A DNA stretch of 64,000 bases from assembly GCA_965644315.1 (NCBI GenBank), contig CBFFRQ010000094.1:186001-250000 (forward strand), in the 5' to 3' direction. Below, one piece after another: positions 54,801-64,000 of this stretch; the first letter of the stretch is position 1, and the number at the start of each line of letters is the position of its first letter. The DNA is from Caecitellus pseudoparvulus. Its lineage: Eukaryota > Protista > Bigyra: Bicosoecida. A program made the position numbers and the translations under genes. The notes beneath the pieces were generated by a model. The model did not search any database. It saw only the letters and a program-made list of their open reading frames with translations, and was not told the DNA's origin.

Positions 54801-57270
54801 GAGGATTGGGCGGTCAGCGGTTTCAAGGCGCCGCCTATGTGGCTGCACAGAACACACCCCGTGTCCGCACCGCACTGCCCGTGCACACACGCCTCACACA
54901 GCCACACACGGGAGCCCCCAGTCGGAACACTCTGCAGTGTGTGTTCCCCCTTCCCTGGACTTGACGCGCCACCCCTGCCAGTGCCACTTCCCCACGCAGG
55001 TGCAAGTTCCGCAACCGCGCCCTCCACGGCACTGGCAGCGGGCGGCGTCGGGCGCAGGTGACTCAGCAGTGCTTCCGCGTCCTCATCAGGGACCCCGTAA
55101 CACGTGAGGTGCACCACCACTCCGCAGGCGGCGCACTCTAGCAGTGGGTCGTCTGCGAACTGCCGCCCGTCCCCGCAAACGGCACAGAGCAGTCCGCCAG
55201 CAGGGGGGGTGGCCAGATCTTGGAAGGCGGGGTCAGACTTGGACAGGGCGGTGGAGGCTGCTGCAAAAGGGCGTTCCACGTCAGATGGGGGGGGTGCGGA
55301 GGGGGCCTCTGCGGGGGGGGTGTTGGCATCCCCCCCCCCCTCCCCCTCGTCAAACAGCGCAGCCAAGTGTGCGTACGGCACGCCCAGCGCTTCAAACGCC
55401 TGCACTTCACCCGCACTGACGACGCCAGCCATGAAAGGCGACGGGTGCAGACCTCCCCACTTCGGCGCGGGGGCTGGTTGTTGGGGGGCGGGCACAGGGG
55501 GGCCGGCAGAGTGCGCGGACCCCCCCTCCACTGCCGCACCTGCTGTGGGTGGAGGGGGGGTCAAGTCTGGCCTCAGGCTCACTGCCTGTGGGGGCAGCGC
55601 GCTGGGGTGGCAAGGGTGCTGATCCGCCAGCGTGCCGCTCTGTGCTGCAGAGGAGGCCAGGGCGGAGTCGCCGCTCTCTGCTGCGTTTCGGGCCGGGCTC
55701 GCCTGCCGCAAAGTGTTGCTGCCTGGCAGCAACGCGTGCAGCGGCTCAGTCGCAAAGGGCCTGCCTGTGGGGACGAAGACGACTCCAGAGGGGGTGGAAG
55801 AAATGTCTTCGCACCTCCGCCGAGAGGGGCGTGTGGCTGAGCGTGCTGACCCGCCGCTCTGCAACGCAGAAGGTGCAGCGCCGGCACGCCCCGCCTCCCC
55901 CCGCCCCGACGCCGCTGCAGGCACAGTGGCGGCATGCACGGCAGCTGCGAAAGGGTGCGTGCGAATGCAGGTGAAGAGAGGCCCAAGAGCGTACCTCCGG
56001 CGCCGCAGTGTCGCGCACGCACCAGTCAACCGCTTCGTGGCGTCTGCAATTACCGCTGATGCCTTGCGGCGAAGTGTGGTCGCGGCACGGTGCCACTTGG
56101 AGCCAGACGGGTTGAACGTGGTGGCGTTCCGAACGATCAGCTGCACGTCCAGATCCACCTCGTTCAAGGACGTGTACACGCCCTCTGATGCTTTCTGCGG
56201 GGTGCGCGACAATGGGTGTGGCGTTTCGCCCTGAAACGCCTGCGCCTTCAAAAGGAACTCGGAAAGCCCGTGCACTGGCACCACTCACCTTGCGCATGTC
56301 GTCGAAACACATGGGGCTCGTTATCACTTCCGCATACCCCGGGACACTATCGCTGTCCACTGGCTGCTGGAAGTAGCCGTGCCGGTCCAGAGACGCCAAA
56401 GCATCCACCAGGCGCTCAGCCGCCTTGTGCAGCAGTGTGTCCTGCATGGCAGCCCTGCGCAACGATAGCGGGCGGTGAGGTGGGTGCAGAGTATACTAAG
56501 CTCCTGAGGCTCCAAGGGCACCCTTGACAGGGCCGAGGGCGAGGGCACAGGGCAGGCGGCGCCACTCACTCTGCGGATTTTGAACTGGACCCCCCCGACT
56601 GTGCCTCCAGCGCAGCGGCCTTGGCAGCTAGGCGGTCCTCCTTCTCCTGGACTCCTGTACATGCGTACGTGCAGCGCGATAGTGCAGACTCCAGCGCTCT
56701 GCGCGCAGGGTGGCCGGCAGCCGTCAGTGGCAGCCGCTCTCACAACTCACGCTGTATGCGCTCCCTCACACGGGCCATCTCAGCCTCAGCCTTCGGCTCG
56801 ATGCGATCGGCCCATTTCACGGGGTCAGAATCTGTCACAGAGGTCAGTGGGAGGGGGGTGGGGCCGCGTGGCAAGGTGCTGGCGGGCCGAAAGGATCCCT
56901 GGCCAAGTGCACTGCTTCAAACAAACGACGGCGCAGACGCACCTGGCGCATTGAACAGCCGCGCATTGCTCCAGATCAAGTGAACATCCGCTACAAATGC
57001 ATCAAATGACGTATACTCCCCATCCTTGATCTTCTGCGAGCCACAAACACCGGGAACGTGCATCAAGCTGGTCACCTACCACTGGCACTGGCACTGGCGC
57101 TGGTGCTGCTGCCGCCGCCTCACCTGCCGCATGAAGTCCATGCACATGGGGCGCTCCACGACGTCAGTGTAACCCTCCCAGTCCGTAGGGTCCTCCTGGA
57201 ACCAGCTCCACTTGTCCATCTTCGTCAACCGAGCCAGCAGCGCACGCAGCGCCGCAGCTGTGGCCTCCAT
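45874..57270 (-). CDS. Giant chromatin protein (~3570 aa): 2 bromodomains, PZP (PHD-Zn knuckle-ePHD), GNAT-like domain, second PZP, PHD, KSAGAAPS tail; exons 57270-57124, 57033-56943, 56831-56751, 56654-56570, 56454-56289, 56194-56023, 55944-53543, 53445-45874
   Basis: BD1 WFQEDP..GYTDVVERPMC..KIKDGEYTSFDAFVADVHLIWSNARLFN; BD2 YFQQPVD..VPGYAEVITSPMC..DVQLIVRNATTFN; PHDs CAVCGDG..HLTCYGV, CAVCGGGES..HQTCFGV..WFCDTC, HCVCQ..CEQWFHFGCV. All seven GT-AG introns keep the frame (10716 nt total); the 78-nt one is in-frame and less certain. Confidence 0.8.
46126..46509 (-). repeat. Coding minisatellite, 16 x 24 bp, encoding (KSAGAAPS)n
   Basis: Plus-strand unit ~GGA[C/G]GG[C/G]GCTGCGCCTGCACTCTT, contiguous, no spacers. 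Confidence 0.95.
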
Positions 57271-57548
57271 GGTGCCCGGCTCAGCAACAGCACGAGCCAG
57301 CTGCAGTGGGGCAGGTGACGTGGCAGGCAAGCCTCACACCTGCCGAGTTGGCACTGTCGAGTGCATGGGTGCCGATTTTGAAGTGGTGGCCGGAATGTGT
57401 GGCAAGCCGCACTCCATCACACATACCAGCCTCACGTGCAAAGGTATTCATTCATGGCAAACCGCACTTGCCCACGCCCATACCTCACTGTCCTAAGCTC
57501 GTGCGAGGCCCGCACACGGGACGTAGCTCTGCGGACGACACCCCTCCA

Positions 57549-58430
57549 TCAGCTGCCCCAGCCCGCCCGCCACACCACCATGGCTCGCCGCCCCTGCCGA
57601 GTGCTGGTGCCGCACCACACGGCATCCTTGGCCGGTTGCACAGCCACCTGCCCAGCGGCAAGTCGAGCCTGGAGGGGAATGGCTCGGTGCCCGGTGAGGC
57701 CCAGCAGCTCACGCACCACCTCAGCGTGGCCTTGGTTACAGGCCGCCTGGAAGGCGAACCCATTCACAGCATGCACGTCCACAGAGCGAGCGCCGGCCAA
57801 CGCCAGCAGCTCGCGCACAATTCCCAAGCAGTTTCCAGCGCACGCTGCGCGAAAGCCGTACTCTTCGCCAGCGTGCACGTCTACGAATCGGGAGCCACGC
57901 AGCGCCAGCAGCTCGCGCACGATGTCCAGTCTGTCGGCTTGGCAAGCGACTCGGAAGGCATGCTCTGGCCCAAGCCCATCTGCAGCATGCACGTCAATCT
58001 CCCGATGCCCAGTCAGCCTCAGCAACTCACGCACTACATCCACGTGCCCGTTCTGGCAGGCTAGTCGGAAGCCGCTCTCCTGGTCAACGTGCACGTCAAC
58101 TGCCTTCTTCCCGCGCAACGCCAGCAGCTCGCGCACCGCCTCCAGGTGGCCACAGCCGCTGGCTGCCACGAACGCCTTGCTGAATACTTCAGTTCCGTCA
58201 AGGTTTCGCCCTGCCGTCCTTCTCAGCAGCTCACGCAGCGCGGCCATGTTGCCTTGCGCACATGCCAAGCTGGCAGTCAACGCGATCTCACCCACGGAAG
58301 CCGATCCCGCGTTGCGTGTGGTGCTTTCAATGATGTCCTGCAGCACGGACTGACCCTCCCTGGGTTCATCATCCGTGCTGAAAACAGTAACATTGGCAAA
58401 CTGGCCGAGAGAGAGGACTTGTGCGCTCAT
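57549..58430 (-). CDS. Ankyrin-repeat family member ANK4 (type I, ~6 repeats)
   Basis: Same framework and tail HRAIPLQARLAAGQVAVQPAKDAVWCGTSTRQGRRAMVVWRAG. Confidence 0.85.
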   Translation of the reverse strand: MSAQVLSLGQFANVTVFSTDDEPREGQSVLQDIIESTTRNAGSASVGEIALTASLACAQGNMAALRELLRRTAGRNLDGTEVFSKAFVAASGCGHLEAVRELLALRGKKAVDVHVDQESGFRLACQNGHVDVVRELLRLTGHREIDVHAADGLGPEHAFRVACQADRLDIVRELLALRGSRFVDVHAGEEYGFRAACAGNCLGIVRELLALAGARSVDVHAVNGFAFQAACNQGHAEVVRELLGLTGHRAIPLQARLAAGQVAVQPAKDAVWCGTSTRQGRRAMVVWRAGWGS

Positions 58431-58437
58431 GACGCCC

Positions 58438-59020
58438 CGTGCTCAGTTTCCGCACCTCGCGTTGCGAGCTCACTCCCTGCACAGATGCTGCTCAACATGT
58501 GCGGTGGCAGGTGCCGGAAAGGCCAAAACAGCAACTTAGCACTCACAAAGATGTCTTGGTGCTGCTTTCACTTTGCATGACTGGAAGGGTGTGCGGTGGT
58601 GGTGGATTGTGCGCCACGCTGCACACTGCGCTCAAACAGCGCGTCTGCGCAGCACCACCACGCCGCGCCGGTGCCAGCAACGCGAGGAGCGCGAGGGGGG
58701 TCGCGGCCTTGGGCGTGGCGGCATGGCGCAGTCAAACCCCACGCCAGTGACACGATGTAGTGGTGGACAACTCGAAGGAATGGCAGAAGTCAAGCTTCTG
58801 ACCTGTTTCATTCATCATTGGCTGGGCTGCGGCGACGCGGAAGAAGCCTCCAACTCCCAGCAGCTTCGAATCCCCCTGAAGCTGCGCACATCGCGCATCA
58901 AAGCCTCTCACCAGAGCAGCATGCCCTCTGTCATCCACCCTAGGACCTGCAGCTACAATGCTTCACATGCATTGGCCCTCAAGCACACTGCCAAGGCACA
59001 CATCGCCACACACCCCTTCA
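58438..59020. repeat. Conserved non-coding ANK spacer, copy 2
   Basis: Collinear with 42120-42713 over its whole length. Confidence 0.9.
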
Positions 59021-59914
59021 TCAGCTGCCGCAGCCCGCACGAAACACCACCATGGCACCCCGCCCCTGCCGAAGGCTGGTGCCACCCCACACGGCATCCT
59101 TACCCGGCTGTACGGCCACCTGCCCAGCGGCAAGTCGAGTCTGGCGGGGAATGGCTCGATGGCCAGTCAGACCCAGCAGCTCGCGCACGATGTCGACGTG
59201 GCCACGCTCGCACGCCAGCCGGAAGGCGTACTCATCCATGGCGTGTACATCCACCTCCCGAGCGCCGGTCAGCGCCAGCAGCTCACGCACGACAGCCAAG
59301 CAGCCTTCAGCACACGCCCCACGAAGGCCGTGTTCCTCATCCGCGTGCACGTTCACGAATCGGGAGCCACGCAGCGCCAGCAGCTCGCGCACAACAGCCA
59401 CTCTGTCGTATTGGCAAGCGATCCGGAATGCAGCCTCCGGCGCACCCTCAGCCCACGCGTGCACATCCACGGTGCGATGCCCTTTCAACGCCAGCAGCTC
59501 GCGCACCAAGTCTACATTCCCACTAGCACAGGCAAGTCGGAAGCCAGCTTCCGGTCCTTGCCAGTCCTCCAAATGCACGTCGATGGCTTGCTTCCCGCGC
59601 AACGCCAGCAGCTCGCGCACCGCCTCAAGACGACCATGGCTGCAGGCTGCTTTGAACGCCTTGCCGAACGCACCGGTGCCGTCAAGGCCTCGCCCTGCCG
59701 TCCCTTTCAGCACCTTGCGCAGCGCGGCCAGGTTGCCTTGCGCACATGCCAAGCTGGCAGTCAACGCGATCTCACCCACGGAAGCCGATCCCGCGTTGCC
59801 TGCGGTGCTTTGAAAGATACCCTGCAAGATGGACAGGCCCCCAGAAAGGTCCAATTCCGTGCTCACAACTGTCATTTGGCCGGACCCATCGAAAGAAAAG
59901 ACTCGTGCGCTCAT
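59021..59914 (-). CDS. Ankyrin-repeat family member ANK5 (type I, ~6 repeats)
   Basis: Shares NAGSASVGEIALTASLACAQGN with ANK4; same tail. Confidence 0.85.
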   Translation of the reverse strand: MSARVFSFDGSGQMTVVSTELDLSGGLSILQGIFQSTAGNAGSASVGEIALTASLACAQGNLAALRKVLKGTAGRGLDGTGAFGKAFKAACSHGRLEAVRELLALRGKQAIDVHLEDWQGPEAGFRLACASGNVDLVRELLALKGHRTVDVHAWAEGAPEAAFRIACQYDRVAVVRELLALRGSRFVNVHADEEHGLRGACAEGCLAVVRELLALTGAREVDVHAMDEYAFRLACERGHVDIVRELLGLTGHRAIPRQTRLAAGQVAVQPGKDAVWGGTSLRQGRGAMVVFRAGCGS

Positions 59915-59921
59915 GACGTGC

Positions 59922-60255
59922 AGTGCTCAGTTTCCGCTCCTCGCGTTGCGAGCTCACTCCCTGCGCAGGTGCTGCTCAACGTGTGCGCTGACAGGTGCGG
60001 GAAAGGCGAAAACAGCAACTTAGTACTCACAAATAAGACGTGGCGCTGCTTTCACTTGGCTTGACTGGCGGCTTGTGCGGTGCTGGTGGATTGTGCGCCA
60101 CGCTGCACACTGCGCTCAAAACAGCGCACCTGCGCAGCACCACCACGCCGCGCCGGTGCCTGCAACGCGAGGGGCGCGAGGGGGGTCGCGGCCTTGGGCG
60201 CGGCGGCATGGCGCAGTCAAGCACCACGCCAGCGACACGGTCCAGTGGTGGACAA
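59922..60255. repeat. Conserved ANK upstream element, copy 3 (ends abruptly at ...GGTGGACAA)
   Basis: Homologous to ~42122-42454 and ~58438-58770. Confidence 0.9.
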
Positions 60256-60379
60256 AACAAAACATCAAAGGTAAATCTAGTGCCTCACGGTGACAGCCTT
60301 GAAACGGTTGAATTGCGCAGAGCAGCGGGCTCCTGCGAGGGTGGCACCCTGCTGCCAAACGTCGAAAGACATTTCAGCC

Positions 60380-63300
60380 TCAGGCTTCCGCCTTGCTCTC
60401 TGTAGTGGAGCCATCTTCGCTTTCTGCTTCGGCAGCGGCTTCTGCGGCAGCCGTGCCGAGCGCCTTGTGGCGGGCGGAGTTGCGTTGCAGCTGCTGCACG
60501 CGGGAGTCAATGGCCGGGTACAGGTCAGCCAAGGCACTCCACAGGGGCAGCAGGACAAAGTCACAGAAGCCCTGCTGCAGCATGCCCGCACCTCCCGGCT
60601 TGTCCAGGGTGTGCATGAAGGGCGTGGGCGGCAGGCCAAGGTGCGTTTCCATGGCTGCCTGCTGGCCGAATTCCGCAACGACGCAGGCCGACCACTGGTT
60701 CGCGACGGGCCAGGGCGTGGCTTGGCCGGAGATGTCGGCACAGTGCAGCAGGATTTCACACAGGCGCGTGCGCAGGCTGTCGTCGTCTACCACTAGGTCC
60801 ACCGCCTCGCCTGCGGGTGGTGCGGCAAACGCTGCAGCCTGGCCGTCCGATGGCGTGGTGGAGGGCGCCGCGGTGCTGTCGCCGCCGCCTGACGCAGTGG
60901 GCGATTCGTCCCGCACAACGATGGGCAGGACTGCCTGAGTGCCAGGTTGGAAGGCGGTGGCGGCACCGGCCTCGTCGTCTGCCGGAGGCGGCAGCGGCAC
61001 GGCTGGGTGCAGCACTGGCGCTGACAGGGCCTTGATGGCATTCACCACTTCCACGTGGCGCGACATGTCCGTGGCGAGGATGGAGGACACCATGAGGTCG
61101 CGCACGCGGCGCTGCGTGTCTGGCGGCAGGAAGGCGAAAACGGCAAAGGCGGGTGTGCGCAGGAGTGTGCAGAGGGACGACGAGTGGTGGTTCTCCAGCA
61201 CGCTGCGGTCGTTGTAACGCAGCGCGAGTGGCGCGTTGGCCTCCACGAGGAAGGTGTTGGAGACGCCGGGGTGGTCGATGTCGTGCCCCAGTGCAGCCAC
61301 GAGCAGGGCCAGTGTCTCTTCCGCCGGCAGGGCGGTGTGGGCGGCAGTCTCGCGCACCAGGCAGTAAGTAGCCTGGGACACGTGCAGGCCGTGAAACGCA
61401 TTGTGGAACTCGTTCGTGGGGCAGTACGAGCCCAGGGCGGCGTCGGCGAAGCACAGCACCGTGCCCAGGTCCAGCCCTGGCAGACGCTTGAACAGGTCCA
61501 GAGCGCTCAGGAACCGGGCGAAGACTGGCGCGAACAGTTCCCGCGGAAATGCCCACGGCTCAAAGGCCCAGGAGTCAATGCTGGGCAGCTGCCCCTCCAG
61601 GGTCACTTCGATCCAGGCTGCCACCAACTCATGGGGGGGGCGGCGGGCCACTGGGAACACGGCGTGGCAGCCCGTACTCAGAACACGGCGGGAGCGAGCC
61701 TCCAGCGCGTCAGTCGTGAGGGGCGGCATGCCGTGCAGCGTGGTGGGGTGGGGCGGAGTCGCGTGCACGTCAGCGCCCCCTGCCGCAGGCACACCCCCCG
61801 CCGCCGCACCGCCCTTGTGGATGTGCTGCAGCGCCGTCTGCAGGGTGCTGCCCGCTGACGTGCTGGGCTCCAGGGCGGAGGGGGCGTCTGCCGAGGAGGG
61901 GGAGGTGGAGGAGGGCAGGCTGGTGGGGGAGGCGGGAGGGGAGGACCGCCCCCCCTCTTCGTCCACGTGAAAGGCATGCAGGCCCTCCACATCCAGCGTG
62001 GCCAGGGTGGGTGCCTGGGCACCTGCGACGGGGGAGTCCTGCGTGGACAGGGGGGCTTGGGGGACGAGAAGCCGGGGGCGTCGTCGGGGTGGGCGGGATC
62101 GTGCACGACGAGGGGGGGTGGGATGGCCCCCCCCCCGCCACCCCCCTGGGGCGTGTCGTGGCTGGCTGCTCGCGCGGACGCCAAGTCGTCCGAGACGGGG
62201 GTCATGACGTGCACCCCCCCTGCCGAGACCTTGCGGGGGGGGGGCACCACCACCGTCGGCCCTGCCAGACCTGCCAGGGCCCGCACGCGCCCTGCAAGAA
62301 GTGCGCCACCCCCCCCTGCACACCCCTCAGGGGGGGGTGGGCTGCCTCGCCCCGTCGTCATGGTGTCCACGGTGGTCATGGAGGGCGTGCGGGTGACGTG
62401 GCCGCTGCCCCTGGCGCCACTTCCAGCGCTGACGACACTGGTGCGTGGTGCGGCGGTGGAGGGGGGTGAGGGGGGTCCGTTCCCCGGCGCACCTCCCCCT
62501 CCAGAGGAGCTGCCCTCTCCAAAGAAGTCTGCGGTGCCGTCACGGGGGGTGGACCACATGGGCCCACCCTCCGCTTCTGAAGCGGGGCTGGTGGCGGGGG
62601 CTGGACCCATGGCCGACAAATGCGCCAACATGCCCGCCGCCCCAGAGCTCGCTGACCGAGGCAGCGACCCCTCTGGCACCAGCGGCGCGACGCTGCCACT
62701 GCCGCGGCTGGGGGCTCGGAAGGACTTGGAGGAGGGCAGCGCCCCCATGCTGGAACGGCGCAGGGCCTTGGCTGCGTGCAGCGGCGTGGCGCCGGGCGGC
62801 ACCCCCCCCGCCACATTCAGCGCCTCACGGTGCACCGCTGAACCGAGGGGGGTGACGGCGCCAGAGGGTGCCGCGGCGCGACTGCCCCCCGGCACCATCC
62901 ACTGCGTGTAGCTGGCCAGGAAGGACTGCATGGCCAGTTGCCGCTCATTGGCGCTCATGAGGCCTCGGCGGCCAGAGGGCTCTGCCTGCTCCAGCAGCAG
63001 GCTGGGCAGGGCGGCGGCGGCTTCATCTGGGTGCTGGGGGGAGAGGGCCGGGGACAGGGGGGGGATACTGGGGCGGCTGCGGCGGCGGACACGGCCGCTC
63101 TCGGCACTGCCGCTGCCTGACAGCGCGGACAGCGTGCGGTGCAGGGTGGAGGGGCGCGCTGAGGGGCTGAGTGCGGCGCCCTCCCGGTCTGGCCCAAAGG
63201 CGCGCGCGAACAACAGCATCTCCATGCTGTGCCGTGCCAGCGCCCCCACCATCTCCGCACAGCAGGCCTCCAGCACTGCCGCGTCGTCTGCGGAGAAATC

Positions 63301-64000
63301 GACAAAGGGACTGGAGTCGGACAGCACCCGGGCCATGCTGGGGGTGGCGTCAGCGGGGGCAGATGCGACGCGTTTCAACTCGGCAGTGGGCAGAGCAGGG
63401 GGGTGCGGGCTGGTGGACCCATCCCCCCCGCTGGCGCTGGCGCTGCCCACGGGTGACGTGGAGATGGACAGGCCGGGGAAGTGCACCCCACCTGGGGCAG
63501 AGCCAGAAGCAGTGGCGGACACGGATCGGGTGATGCCAGTGCCTGCAGTGGTGGTGGCGGGGGGCGGCACGGGGGGCGTCGCGTGTGCCAGGGCGCTGTG
63601 CAGGGACGCAGCCATGTTGGTCAGGGGGGGTGGCGGCTGCTGGCGTGCAGCACCACCAGCGGCTTCCCGCCCCAGGACGATGGGCTCAGGTCCCCCGGTG
63701 GGTCCCAGGGCGGGTGAGGTGGGGGAGGAGGAGGGCGTGGTGGAGGGCGAGGAGGTGAAGGGCATGGGCCCAGTCATGGAGGCGAGGGTGCGGGGGGTGG
63801 GCCCTCCCCCCGCGCCCTCTGGCTCCGCGTCCACGGAGTTGGACAGCGTCGCGCGCGGGCCCATGCTGCTGCCGCTGGCGTTGAGTGCGGCCAGGGCGGC
63901 GAGGGAGAGGGCTGTGGCGTCACTGTCCCCGCCGCCGCCGCCTCGTGGGGAGGGTAGCAGCTCAGACACAGTGCGTGAGCGGGGGCGCCCACGGGGGGTG
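60380..64000 (-). CDS. Class I 3',5'-cyclic nucleotide phosphodiesterase, 5' partial; apparent 1-nt frameshift near 62050-62140
   Basis: FHNAFHGLHV, HDIDHPGVSN, YNDRSVLENHH, ATDMSRH, HCADIS, EFGQQ, QQGFCDFVLLPLW. The upstream frame (61678..63969) stays open to the window end. Confidence 0.88.

Noticed and set aside
60240-60281. Helitron-like 3' end (small hairpin plus CTAG|T) near the ANK cluster edge
   Set aside because: Hairpin is only 5 bp and ~23 nt away, the CTAG lies outside the shared homology, and no RepHel is present.

Overview
Gene-dense, GC-rich eukaryotic DNA, probably a flagellated protist. A stramenopile-like heterotroph is my guess from gene content, not a firm call. Introns are short GT-AG types (64-193 nt; donors mostly GTGCGT/GTGAGT/GTGAGG) and intergenic gaps are small. 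I reconstructed 19 protein-coding genes by eye. In order: a partial alpha/beta hydrolase; an F-box + split TBC Rab-GAP; an Hv1-like voltage-sensor protein with a decharged S4; a PH-START-TM-E2-type acyltransferase fusion; an ankyrin/coiled-coil/WW protein; a NUDT14-like Nudix hydrolase; three giant TmcB-like multi-TM/TPR/PAS paralogs; a WW protein; a YTP1/DUF2427-like membrane protein; a MAK/ICK kinase; five related ankyrin-only genes in two clusters flanking a ~3,570-aa bromo-bromo-PZP-GNAT-PZP-PHD chromatin protein; and a partial class I cyclic-nucleotide PDE. Two structures stand out. (1) Two TmcB-like genes sit head-to-head and share a ~4 kb near-identical inverted repeat inside their coding regions, plus short homogenised cassettes shared with the third paralog. 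Recombination here would swap N- and C-terminal modules in frame. (2) The ankyrin family looks like a natural DARPin-like set: fixed framework, variable surface, variable repeat number, mosaic tails and conserved non-coding flanks. I found no CRISPR array, rRNA, tRNA or transposase. All domain calls come from motif recognition, not database searches.
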